Positions 1 to 11,467 of a DNA stretch of 64,000 nucleotides are shown here, one piece after another. Source of the DNA: Eledone cirrhosa (Eukaryota); contig OZ024747.1 of NCBI GenBank assembly GCA_964016885.1, forward strand, positions 72,912,001 to 72,976,000, in the 5' to 3' direction. Every line of letters begins with the position of its first letter. Positions within the stretch are counted from its first letter, which is position 1. Position numbers and translations under genes: made by a program. The notes beneath the pieces were generated by a model. That model was not told where the DNA came from and searched no databases. It was given only the letters and a program-made list of their open reading frames with translations.

Positions 1-747
1 GGCTTTGGTGTTGGTGTAGAGCAGTGATATCAGGTCCACTATCCTCTTGGGGATTCCATAAGCCTGTAAGATCTTCATCAGGCAGTAACGGTCCACAGAA
101 TCAAAGGCCTTCCTAAAGTCAATGAAAACCATGACCGCAGGAAGGCACTTTGCTCTAGCTCCCTCTAATATCCTCCTCAGCATATGTGACTGGTGGTTGA
201 TCTACCTCCTCTGAAGCCGTTCTGGTTGTCCCTGAGCTTCTTCTCCATCTCAGGCTGGATCCTGTTAAGAATCATCCTGTTGAGGGTCTTTGCCACAAGT
301 GACGTCAGTGAGATTCCCCTGTAGTTGTTGGTGTTAGAGAGATCTCCCTTCTTTGGCACTGGGACGATGTTACTGATCCTCCACTGATTCGGGGCAACTC
401 CTCTCTCCAGTGCCCCGTTACAGAACCCCAGGATGATATCATCAAAATCACACCTCTTCATCACCTCTGATGCCACTCCATCTTCTCCACGAGCCTTGCC
501 CTCCTTGATCCTCTTCTTGGCTCTCTGAAGCTCCTCTCTGGTGAAGTGCTCTGTCTCAACATCCAGTTCCTCAAACAGCCGCCTGATCTCCCCAGTGCTC
601 TGGGCTGTGGAGGGTGGCTCTCCTAGTAGGGTCCTAAAATGGTCTAGCCATTTCCTCTTCCTATCCTCGGGCCCCGTTCCCTGGATCTGATTCGAAAACC
701 TTCTCTTCCTCCCTGTGATCTCGTTGATGATCATCCAGCTCTCCTTA
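1..747 (-). mobile_element. Fragment of a non-LTR retrotransposon reverse transcriptase (RTE-like), frameshifted, runs off the window
   Basis: ORF 177-734 has IVPVPKKGD..NYRGISLTS..NQNGFR; the next frame continues with VFIDFRKAFDSVDR (about 90-135). Confidence 0.85.
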
Positions 748-755
748 CATGTATG

Positions 756-794
<39 letters not shown>

Positions 795-847
795 TTATAT
801 ATGTATATACGTGTGTATGTGTGTCTATGTATGTAGGTATATATATA

Positions 848-1035
848 TAATTGTTTCTACTTTAGGCACAAGGCCAGCAAATACCCAGTACATTACTGGT
901 ACTTTATTTTATCGACCCCGTAAGGATGAAAGGCAAAGTTAACTTCGGCGCGATTTGAACTCAGAATGGCAAGGGCGTAACTCTATGCGTCAAAGCATAG
1001 TGTCCGACCCTCTACCAATACTGCCAATCCACCAT
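848..1035 (-). mobile_element. tRNA-derived SINE, family 1, near full length
   Basis: Reverse complement of the copy at 41362-41551: A-box-like head, GAGTTCAAAT B box, CTTTGCCTTTCATCC..GGTCGATAAAAT core, GAAACAATTA tail. Confidence 0.85.
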
Positions 1036-1369
1036 AGGTATATATATAATGATAAGTGGGAAGAACAAACAGACAATATATATTGGAATATATATTCATT
1101 TCATTAAGATTTTATTAGGGCAAAATAGTGAGTCTAGTGAAGTCAAATAGTAGCCTGGCTGAACTGTAACAGAACCTTGGTAAATGTTTTTACTATTTTT
1201 TGCACCCAGTCCTTCCATTTACTACCAATATTTTAATTATCTTGTCTCATATAAAATGCCCTGTATTGGAATTGGTTAATAAAGAATTTGGAGGGATTTA
1301 CTAAAATCATTAATTATTTATTTAATAAGATGGTATTTGTATGTTGGTCGTGTTAGGTTTCTACCTGAT

Positions 1370-1680
1370 ACTGATACCATGTAACACAGGACAGCCTACT
1401 TGATGGTTGAGTGGTCGGCGACTAAATCGGCTCCCCCACCAGACTCAGGTCTGGCAGGGAGAGTAAGTGAAACCTCAGCAGCACAATGAACAAGAGCTAT
1501 TAAAGATGAACTCCCCAGAATCACCGTCCATCCACCTTAACTATGGGTTCAATAGCCTCCCCAACTCGCAATTGCCCAAGCTACATCCCTGAAGAGATAA
1601 CCAAAACCAAAGTGAAAGCAGGGGACGTCAACCTGGGAGTGGTTCCTTCAACGGGAGCGAGAAGGGATTGGATTTGTAAC
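1370..1680 (+). mobile_element. Probable LINE 5' UTR remnant with a structured motif
   Basis: Shares CA(A/G)CC-N8-GGTYG..GGCGACTAAA and a downstream hairpin with 59020-59120 and, in part, 35049-35080. Confidence 0.45.
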
Positions 1681-1861
1681 ATGACAAAAGCTGATGTAAA
1701 ATTATATTAGAAGGTTATTAGTTTATTTAATTAATTAATTTAATTAAGAACTCTAATGAGTGATTTTGTTCCTTATGACTCTAGTCGATTTCGCGTTGAT
1801 ATGAAAATGGTTCGATATAAATAATTGATCTAGAGTAATTGATCTCAGCCTAAATTTACGC

Positions 1862-1980
1862 TCTGAGTTCAAATCCCGCCGAGGTTAACTTTGCCTTTCA
1901 TCCTTACGGGGTCGATAAAATAAAGTACCAGTAATACACTGGGTATGTACTGGCCTTGTGCCTAACGTAGAAACAATTAT
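1862..1980 (+). mobile_element. SINE family 1, 5'-truncated at the B box
   Basis: TCTGAGTTCAAATCCCGCCGAGGTTAAC...GAAACAATTA matches the other copies. Confidence 0.85.
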
Positions 1981-2287
1981 TATGGTCCATGGTAATTTAA
2001 GATGTAATATCAAGGGTGATAAATCCTTCAAGATGTTCCATCTTCCTGCCGGTTCAATCACTTTACTACTCTTTCGTCAGAAATCAATCAATGAAGAGTT
2101 TTCTGTACACGAAAGACAACTTCCACTACTCCCTTCTCAAGTGGAATTATTCAAAACACGTCAAACTATGTTAAATGATTTTAAATTCAGCTTTATTGAT
2201 TTATTTCAATATGTGTTCAGTACATATTTCCCGTTGGAGCTTGTCTGAAACTAAAATGAAAGTAACATGTTTTGACAAGTGTCTAAA

Positions 2288-2745
2288 TTATAATAATAAT
2301 ATAATAATGAAATTATTGTGTACAGTGCTCAGGTGCACTACAACTCATTAAAGGTGCATGTATAGTACATAGAATAATGTACAAATGTCAGGAAAGTGAA
2401 CAGTGTATGAGTCATGATATACATGTGTGTGTGTGTATGGAGGAGGAATATCAGGTGTAGTGTTGGCGAATCTCAGGAAGCATGGAGGTTTTAAAGGATG
2501 CAGTGTCACGACAGCTAACAACTGATGCAGGTAGTTTGTTCCATGGAGGTTTTAAAGGATGCAGTGTCACGACAGCTAACAACTGATGCAGGTAGTTTGT
2601 TCCATGGAGGTTTTAAAGGATGCAGTGTCTCGACATCTAACAACTGATGCAGGTAGTTTGTTCCATGCTTCAGCAAATCTGAGCGTGAAAAAATGTTTCC
2701 GAAAGTCATGGGAGCTGTGCTGTTTTCTGACTTCATAAATATATA
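2288..2745 (-). mobile_element. 3' end of a CR1-like LINE with an internal 61-bp triplication (2481-2665)
   Basis: Translates to RKHFFTLRFAEAWNKLPASVV..ASFK, the typical CR1 ORF2 C-terminus; (TTA)n-like tail at 2288-2308. Confidence 0.75.
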
Positions 2746-2764
2746 CAGTTGTATTAATCTGTCC

Positions 2765-2814
2765 ATAATATTCAGTGCACTTTCTTTTGTCATATGACAC
2801 ATCCAACCACCTGG

Positions 2815-2880
<66 letters not shown>

Positions 2881-2973
2881 ATGTTTATGCGGGGAATTGT
2901 TTTCTAATATTTTGTTTATCTGCATAATATTCAGTGCACTTTCTTTTGTCATATGACACATCCAACCACCTGG

Positions 2974-3038
<65 letters not shown>

Positions 3039-3085
3039 AATATGTTTATGCGGGGAATTGTTTTTCTTATATTTTGTTTATCTGT
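2765..3085. repeat. Tandem duplication of an ~160-bp unit containing (GT)n
   Basis: CATAATATTCAGTGCAC...(GT)n...TTTTGTTTATCTG occurs twice. Confidence 0.9.
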
Positions 3086-3184
3086 ACAACATAAAGATGT
3101 GAACAGATGTAAACAAGTTACACAGAATTTTAACATTCTAAACGTATACTCTTACATATATATATTATTAATGTTTTGACACGC

Positions 3185-3230
<46 letters not shown>

Positions 3231-3361
3231 AATATGGGGAGAAGAATACTGCAAGGTTACACATAGATTACATATTATAAAATTAGTCCCTCATCAGTGA
3301 TTTGCCAACGATCATTGGTATTTCATCGCATTAAAAATCATATACCTCACGTTGGTGCGAG

Positions 3362-3429
<68 letters not shown>

Positions 3430-3433
<4 letters not shown>

Positions 3434-3820
3434 ATACTTTGGGAGGGTCATGTTGCCAATAAGGAACACACGCACCAGTTGTTTCACTTCAATTTATTAT
3501 AATACATTTATAAATTTAGGAATTTATAAATTTCCGGTTGGTTGGTGGGTTCCACAACCAGATGGTTGTTTATATATTGTCAAAGTTCTTTCGTCACACA
3601 TTCTGTGACCTCTTCAGTGACTGGGGATTCTTTTCTTTGTTTTTTGTGCCTCTCCTTTGTTCTGTCCTACGCCATCTTGTTTTTGTGTGTGTGTTGTGTG
3701 CTTAGTTTGCGCATGTGTTACATCCGGGTGTCTGTGTGTGTTTATATTCGTTTATTTATTTGTTTATTTACATGTTACTGGTTGTTTGTTTGTTCTATGT
3801 GTGTTATGCAACATATAATA
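3430..3820 (-). mobile_element. Solo terminal repeat (pLTR) of a Penelope-like element abutting (TA)n
   Basis: The minus strand ends ATGACCCTCCCAAAGTATAACAA(TA)n, nearly identical to the end of the element at 26163-26185, and carries a hammerhead motif. Confidence 0.7.
3579..3621 (-). ncRNA. Type I hammerhead ribozyme motif (minimal)
   Basis: GUCA-CUGAAGA-G-GUCACA(GAAUG)UGUGAC-GAAA-GAAC-UU-UGAC; stems I and II pair, stem III is minimal. Confidence 0.65.
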
Positions 3821-3829
3821 AGCTAGTAT

Positions 3830-5533
3830 ACATATCTAGGACCACATACAATACATAAGCAGGTAATACACACATCTAGGACCACATACAACACAGTCAG
3901 GTAATACACACAGCTAGAACCACATACAACACATAAGCCGGTAATACACGCATCTAGGACCACATACAACACATAAGCAGGTAATACACACATCTAGGAC
4001 CACATACAACACATAAGCAGGTAATACACACATCTAGGACAACATGCAACACATAATCAGGTAGTACACACATCTAGGACCACATGCAACACACAAGCAG
4101 GTAATACACACATCTAGGACCACATACAACATATACGCAAGTAATACACACATCTAGGACCACATACAACACACAAGCAGGTAATACACACATCTAAGAC
4201 CACATACAACATACAAGCAGGTAATACATACATCTAGGACCACATACAACACACAAGCAGGTAATACACACATCTAGGACCATATACAACACACAAGCAG
4301 GTAATACACACAACTAGGACCACATACAACACACAAGCAGGTAATACACACATCTAGGACCACATACAACACACAAGCAGGTAATACACACAACTAGGAC
4401 CACATAAAACACACAAGCAGGTAATACACACATCTAGGACCACATACAACACACAAGCAGGTAATACACACATCTAGGACCACATACAACACACAAGCAG
4501 GTAATACACACATCTAGGACCACATAAACACACAAGCAGGTAATACACACATGTAGGACCACATACAACACACAAGTAGGTAATACACACATCTAGGACC
4601 ACATAGAACACACAAGCAGGTAATACACACATCTAGGACCACATACAACACACAAGCAGGTAATACACACATCTAGGACCACATAGAACACACAAGCAGG
4701 TAATACACACATCTAGGACCACATACAACACACAAGCAGGTAATACACACATCTAGGACCACATACAACACACAAACAGGTAATACACACAGCTAGGACC
4801 ACATGCAACACATAAGCAGGTAATACACACATCTAGGACCACATACAACACACAAGCAGGTAATACACACATCTAGGACCACATACAACACACAAGCAGG
4901 TAATACACACAGCTAAAACCACATGCAACACACAAGCAGGTAATACACACATCTAGGACCACATTCAACACACAAGCAGGTAATACACACAACTAGGACC
5001 AGATACAACACATACGCAAGTAATACACACATCTAAGACTACATACAACGCACAATCAGGTAATACACACATCTAGGACCACATACAACACACAAGCAGG
5101 TAATACACACATCTAGGACCACATACAACACACAAGCAGGTAATACACACATCTAGGACCACATACAACACACAAGCAGGTAATACACACATCTAGGCCC
5201 ACATACAACACACAAGCAGGTAATACACACATCTAGGACCACATACAACAGATAAGAAGGTAATACACACATCTATGACCACATACAACACAAGCAGGTA
5301 ATACACACAGCTAGGACCACATACAACACACAAGCATGTAATACACACATCTAGGACCACATACAACACACAAGCAGGTAATACACACATCTAGGACCAC
5401 ATACAGCACATTAGCAGGTAATACACACATCTAGGACCACATGAAATACATAAGCAGGTAATACATACATCTAGGACCACATGAAATACATAAGCAGGTA
5501 ATACATACATCTAGGACCACATGCAACACACAT
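3830..5533. repeat. 40-bp minisatellite, roughly 42 copies
   Basis: Unit ACACATCTAGGACCACATACAACACACAAGCAGGTAATAC repeated in tandem with few variants. Confidence 0.97.
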
Positions 5534-5534
5534 T

Positions 5535-7221
5535 GTATCGTGTGCTACGGACGACGCAATGGTCGGCTAACATAAGGGTTTCGTCAATCTTCTGAAGAGA
5601 GAAAATCTATCTGTATTTGCTGTTCATTGTGTCATTCATCGACAACCCTTGGCTGCGAAGAAACTCAGCGAGCCGCTGAGCAAGTCCTTGTAGGTGGCCA
5701 TTGATGTCATCAATTTTATCAAACGCCATTCCCTCAATGAACGAATTTTCCGGCAACTGTGCCAAGATAATGACGAAGAATTTGCCAAGTTGCTCCTTCA
5801 TACTGAAGTGAGGTGGCTTTCAAAGAGCAAGTACCTTATTCACTTCTTTGAACTGTTCGACTCTATCATTGAGTTTCTTTGAGGACGCAACACAGAACTG
5901 TACAAGAAAACCCTCGATGTGAGGCAAGACTGCGGCCTACCACGCCGACATCTTCGACCAATGCAATAGCGTCATTATGGCTTTGCAGGGGAAGAAGATC
6001 ACCTTGCTTAAAGCAAGGAATGCTGTGAAAACATTCCTGGCCAAATTGAATGTCATCGAAAGGAATCTTTGTTGACGGGAATTCTATAATTTTCCTAGTG
6101 TCGCCAATGTTCAAAACATTGTAAGTGATGACCAACTCCAAATTTATACCACTCACCTCCGTGCGCTACAAGACAACATGAGAGAACGGTTTGTCGACCT
6201 TTTGCCGATGGACATCCCAATGTGGATAGCAGATCCCTTCATAGCTAACGTCGTCGATTTTGACGTTAAATTTCAGGAAGAATTCAATAAACTTCAAGTA
6301 GTTGACATGATCAAAATTAGATTTCCCAAAATAGGTGAACCCCTTTTTTGGCTGGAAGAGGAAATTCAGCGTCGCTTTTCACTCCTACATGCAGAGGCTA
6401 AGAGATTTGCTCTGCCTTTTCCAAGCTCATACTTAGTCGAGAGGAGGTTTGGTGCTTTTTCCAGACTGCACAGTAAGTCTCGCAACCGCTACAATGTAAT
6501 TACACGTGGAGATCTCTGACTACATCTTACGAAAATTCAGCCTCACGTCAAAGAGTTATCTAGACTCCATGAAGCTCAAGGGTTCCATTGAAATGAGGTC
6601 AAAGTTAAAGTAAGTTGATTTATCCTAAAACTTGGATATGCTATTGTTACAAAGCAAACTAACAATTTTTTTATTTGTAGTTGCAGTCTGACTGGACTGG
6701 AAATCATCTACTACAATTCACTTACTCATTTGTTGCATATATTTTACCATTTACTAATAAATATACCCTCTTATATGGTCATGAAACCCTCTTCCATTGT
6801 CTCTAAGCTCACAAAGCGGAGGGGACATCAAGTTCGATATCAACATTTATTCTGTCCTTTCATTAAAGAGAAAATTGGAAAGCTTTGAAAAGATGTAATT
6901 GCCACTTTCTTCCAGATAAGAGCACTCTTGGGATAGACAGAGTTGCTCTTGTATAAATGTTCAATCTAACAAATTCAACTGGTCCTTATTCATAAAAAAG
7001 AACATTTATGTTCCTCTTTTTGAAGTTTATATATTTCCTTTCAAGGAATGTATTTATACTCTCAGCTGCCTGCAATGGTATCTTTGGAATATTGTTAATC
7101 AATTTTTTAGTAATCGACTGATATCAAAATCAGTAGTATATTGAAAAATGGAAAAATAGGGTAGGGGGGTGGCGTTTCGTGATTTCGAGGGACAAAAGGC
7201 CTAAATGGGTTGAGAACCTGT
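5535..7221 (+). mobile_element. Decayed hAT (Charlie/Buster-type) DNA transposon: 3' part of the transposase pseudogene (about 5535-6590) and probable 3' TIR
   Basis: HCVIHRQPLAAK, LLLHTEVRWLSK and FPSSYLVERRF motifs interrupted by stops and frameshifts; GGTTGAGAACC at about 7208-7218 resembles the Charlie TIR. Confidence 0.85.
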
Positions 7222-7480
7222 AGTGTAAACCATCACATATTCGTGGAATCGTAAATATCTTCTATGATTTTTTTCATGGGTTTTTTGTGGCAATAATTAC
7301 CGTATTTTAGGCCTATTCGACGCGCCTTCGCATAAGACGTTCATTTCTTAAAATTATATTTTACGTTATATTTTGACGTTTATAGGCATTTTTATGGACC
7401 ACGTCCGATATTCGCGGTTTTTAACTCTTTGCGGGTGCTCTAGGAATGTAAGCCCCGCGAATACCGGTGAACAACTGTAT
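7222..7480. mobile_element. Tigger/pogo-like MITE remnants
   Basis: Ends CCCCGCGAATACCGGTGAACAACTGTA with repeated ATTCGCGG motifs; the left end is degenerate. Confidence 0.4.
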
Positions 7481-7721
7481 ACATTCATTTCTTTATCGAC
7501 GCCCCCGCCTCCACACACAAACACACACACATACATATATCACTTACACATATATTTAATCTTGTTTACGGTCATTCAATTGATTGATCTGCAGATATAT
7601 TTTGTTGTATGATACCTGGCTATAATCGATCTGGCCCATATCAAAACAGTAGACATGAAAAGTTCGATTATATCTGATTGCTATTTAACATGTGAGAAAC
7701 ACATAAAGTAACACCCTGAAT

Positions 7722-7845
7722 AGTTGGAGTGGGTGAGGGTGGATGAAGGGGAAGGGGAGTACAGAGAGTTGGGGTGGATGAGGGTGGATGAAGGGGAAGG
7801 GGAGTACAGAGAGTTGGGGTGGATGAGGGTGGATGAAAGGGGAGC
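7722..7845. repeat. G-rich tandem repeat, ~48-bp unit, about 2.5 copies
   Basis: GAGGGTGGATGAAGGGGAAGGGGAGTACAGAGAGTTGGGGTGGAT repeated. Confidence 0.85.
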
Positions 7846-8326
7846 AAAAAGGTGACGTGGTTGCCTAAACACTGTACGGCGTAATTCGGGCTGTTTGTTT
7901 GTTTACAAACGAACAAACCGAGCATTATAGTAAGTGTTCGGTAAACTGATACGTGCATATATGTATGTGTGCCTGTATGTATATATATACATGCTACTGT
8001 ACGTCTGTATACATATATGTATGTGTGCCTGTATGTATATATATACATGCTACTGTACGTCTGTATACATATATGTATGTACGTATACATACATACTTAC
8101 ATTTAAGTAAGTGCCGTACTAAGAGTGAGAAATGAAATTTCGTTTCATTCTATTCCATTTATATATATATACACACATCGTATAAGTTTCCATATACACC
8201 TTACCTCAGTTATAAGGAGTGTCTCCTTGGATGTTAATGTAAGTGGAGCACGATAAGTAGCTTCATTACAAAAATAACATTCTTTATCTGCCTGCCTGTC
8301 TATCTATCTATCTACCTATCTATCTC

Positions 8327-9218
8327 AGTGGAGACTCCACTTCGACATTCTATAGAGGGATTGTACGTTACAAGGTCGACGACGTGCTCGGAGAGACTCT
8401 GGGCGTCGAAGACGATGAGCTCGCCAGTCTGTTTGGTAGGACTTTCCGCCCGGGACCTATGGACAACTTCCAGAGGTCCCTGGCCTGGCAGTGCTACCGA
8501 GGAGCTCTACCGGATCGTGACAAGATCTACAGGCACGGACGCCCTGGCAGGGATCCTTCCAAGAGGACGTGTCCAAGATGTGCGCAGGACATTGAAACAG
8601 TTCTGCACGCAATTGTACACTGCCCGGGCGTAAGCGACCTGTGGAACTATGCAGAACAACTGCTGTCGCGTATGGGACAAATCCAGTTGACTGCCGAGTC
8701 CATAGTAAGGATCAAACCGCCAGACTCTTTCAAAAACGAAAGAGAGGCGGTTTTCCTCTGTACGGTGGCTATGGTGAAAGAAGTTATATGGTGGACGAGG
8801 TTGAGAGGACTGAGGACAGATGCCTTTCTCTCCGGACAACAATTGATTCCCTTCTTTAAGTATCACTTTAGAAGGAGAATCAGGGTGGAGAGAGAGGCAC
8901 TGCACCCCAGTAAATTTACTGAAAGGTGGGTGAATGAAGCGAAAATGGCCCGAGTGATTGGGCCTTCTCTGTTTATAAGCCTGTAGGTTGAGGAAGAGAG
9001 CAAAAGGAAGAAAGGAGCACTTGCACAACACGCTCCTTGAGTTGAGGGTTGTTCTATCGACGGGGTATTAAACAACCCATTTGTGGCGCCTCCCCCTATT
9101 GGGGATTTCGATTGTTGAAATTGTTTGTTTTTATATTTTTTACACGACTGTATGTAAAATCCCCGGCATGTCTTTGTATTGTCCCCTTTCTTGTTGCGCC
9201 TTTGTGGCTAATAAAGAA

Positions 9219-9219
<1 letters not shown>
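8327..9219 (+). mobile_element. 5'-truncated Tx1-clade LINE (copy 0): ORF2 C-terminus and 3' UTR
   Basis: ORF 8384-8986 aligns to the ORF2 C-termini of the other copies (CPRC..ETVLHAIVHC); ends AATAAAGAAA; (TCTA)n on both sides. Confidence 0.93.

Positions 9220-9313
<94 letters not shown>
9220..9313. repeat. (TCTA)n microsatellite between LINE copies 0 and A
   Basis: Pure TCTA tract. Confidence 0.99.
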
Positions 9314-9547
9314 AAAATCTAGCTGTCGTCTGTTCTACAGTGTGGATGTAATTCACTTCGCGCAGAAGTTTTGTTCAAATTTATTGCGGAAATTTTGTGA
9401 GTTCAAATTTAATTTTGATACTATTGTGTAGCTTGACCCCCCTTCTGAACTGTCAGGTGGTGGGTCAGCTCATCTTTACCCCTCCTAGAGGTGAAAAACC
9501 TATTTTAAAATATTTTGTGGCAAAAAAAGTTCAATCGTCTGACAGAA

Positions 9548-11434
9548 ATGTTAAACGAAGCGAACGAAAATAGTGGTGGGGGGACAGCGGTAAGAGTTGT
9601 AAGCTCGCACGCTTTAGTCCCCCCTTCCTTCCCAACTAACGTCATAGAGAAGGAAGGAAAAATTAAAGTAAAAACAGACGAATCTGTGGAGAAAAAAAAT
9701 GATGAAAACACAAATCTGGACATGGATTCCAACAACGAAAAAAAAAAATTTGAAAAATTGCATGACAATACTAACACCACAAACAAAGACACAACAAACA
9801 CAAAAATAACATTTGAAAATAACACCATAACAGAAAGCAAAGCAGACGACAAGATTTCATTTGCACAGACAACAAAGAAATCTTTGACTTATATACCCGA
9901 AAATATTTCAGATGTGGCACGAAGAATCACAGACGCCAAACAATACATAAGTGAAGGAGAGAATGGTATTTTATCGGTAAAAATGCCTCAAGAATTCACC
10001 AAAGACATTGAAAGCCGAACGGTCAAGTTCCGCACCATCAACAACACTTCAAAAAAACCTGAACAGCCTTCTCAAGCAGATATCAAAACAGTACTCACAG
10101 AAGTACTTAATGAAACCACTTTCATAAGAAAAGACAGACTGTATGGAAGCCTATCAATTATCATGAAGAACGAATCGGCGGCAAAAAAATGTGCTTTGTC
10201 ACCGATTCGTTCGAAAAATTTTACCTTTTATCCATCTTATATGGGTAAAAGAACTCAACGCATATGGCTGGATGCAATGATGCCAGATGTGGACTACTGC
10301 TGGCTCATAGCTGGCTTCATCGATCCAGCGAATGACAACGTGATTTCCATTGGGAAAACCACAGGCAATGCGTTCAGTGGAACAGGTATAGAGCTTGTAG
10401 TGCAAATGAAGCCTGAACGCATCGCCCAAATACCCGACAGAATCCTATTAGAGGGCCACGGGTATATAAACATTAGCGTGGAGGGGAGAAGGCCGACCTG
10501 CCATATCTGTGCAGGCAGAGGGCACCTGAAGGCCGCTTGTCCCCAACTCAACAAAAAGAAAACCCTGCTACCAACACCAGCTCCACCACCACCGCCACAA
10601 CAGATAAACAAACAACAAAACTCGTCCCTCAGTAAAACCACACCACCACCACCACAACACAAACAGTCACAACACATTACCCCAAAACAAAATACAGGCC
10701 CACCCAACCTCTCACTCAATAAAACAACACAACCACCGCAGACACAACACACAACACAGTCTAACATAGTGACATCCATCTCCCCCACAAAGAAAACCAA
10801 CACGGAAACATTACCAGCAAATATACCTCTTCCCTCCAACACTGAAGATAACCCAACGAATTCGGAGGTAGAAACGGAGTCCTTCAGACAGATTAAAAGG
10901 AAAAAAAGAAAACATGTGCAAAACACACAAGGACAAACAACCCCCACCCAAATCTCAACACAATCCAACAAAACAGAAAACACCCATCCAGCAACAAACA
11001 AAACCAAACCTGCCCCTCCCCTCTTCGAAACACTCACACCATCCGAAAAAAAGACATGACACTATACTTACATCAACAGAAACAATAATAAATTAAATGA
11101 ACTCATAAACAATAATCCTTCGGTACAAACCGAAGGTGTAAACTTTGTTTCTTCAGAAAACTACCCACATTTAAAATTAATAAAGATCCCAATGAACCTC
11201 TACCAAAAACTAAAAAAGGATTTTAAGGAGGACGTAGGACCACCCTCTGTCAAACCCATAAACCGCGTCCTACTAAAAAGCTTTCCCCCTCCCCTTCCTC
11301 TCTCCAACACAACTCCAAACACCCCAACCCCACCACACACTGACGACCCCACACCACCACAAGACACCCCTTCACCCAACACCCCCGACCCCATGGAAGT
11401 CGTGCAACCCGAACCCCGGGAAGCGGAAAGGTAG
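9548..11434 (+). pseudogene. ORF1 (gag-like nucleic-acid-binding protein) of copy A with one in-frame TGA at 11057-11059
   Basis: CHICAGRGHLKAAC knuckle; ORFs 9515-11059 and 11192-11434 are in the same frame, and the sequence after the stop (HYTYIN..NRVLLK) matches copies B and D. Confidence 0.85.
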
Positions 11435-11467
11435 GTCTCTACACTCTCCTTTGGCTCTGCCGCCCAC

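Noticed and set aside
3830-5533. CRISPR-like array
   Set aside because: Units are contiguous with no unique spacers, there are no cas genes, and the context is eukaryotic.
11057-11059. In-frame TGA in copy A ORF1 as programmed readthrough or selenocysteine
   Set aside because: Copy D has TTG (Leu) at the homologous position and copy B has no stop there, so a point mutation is simpler.
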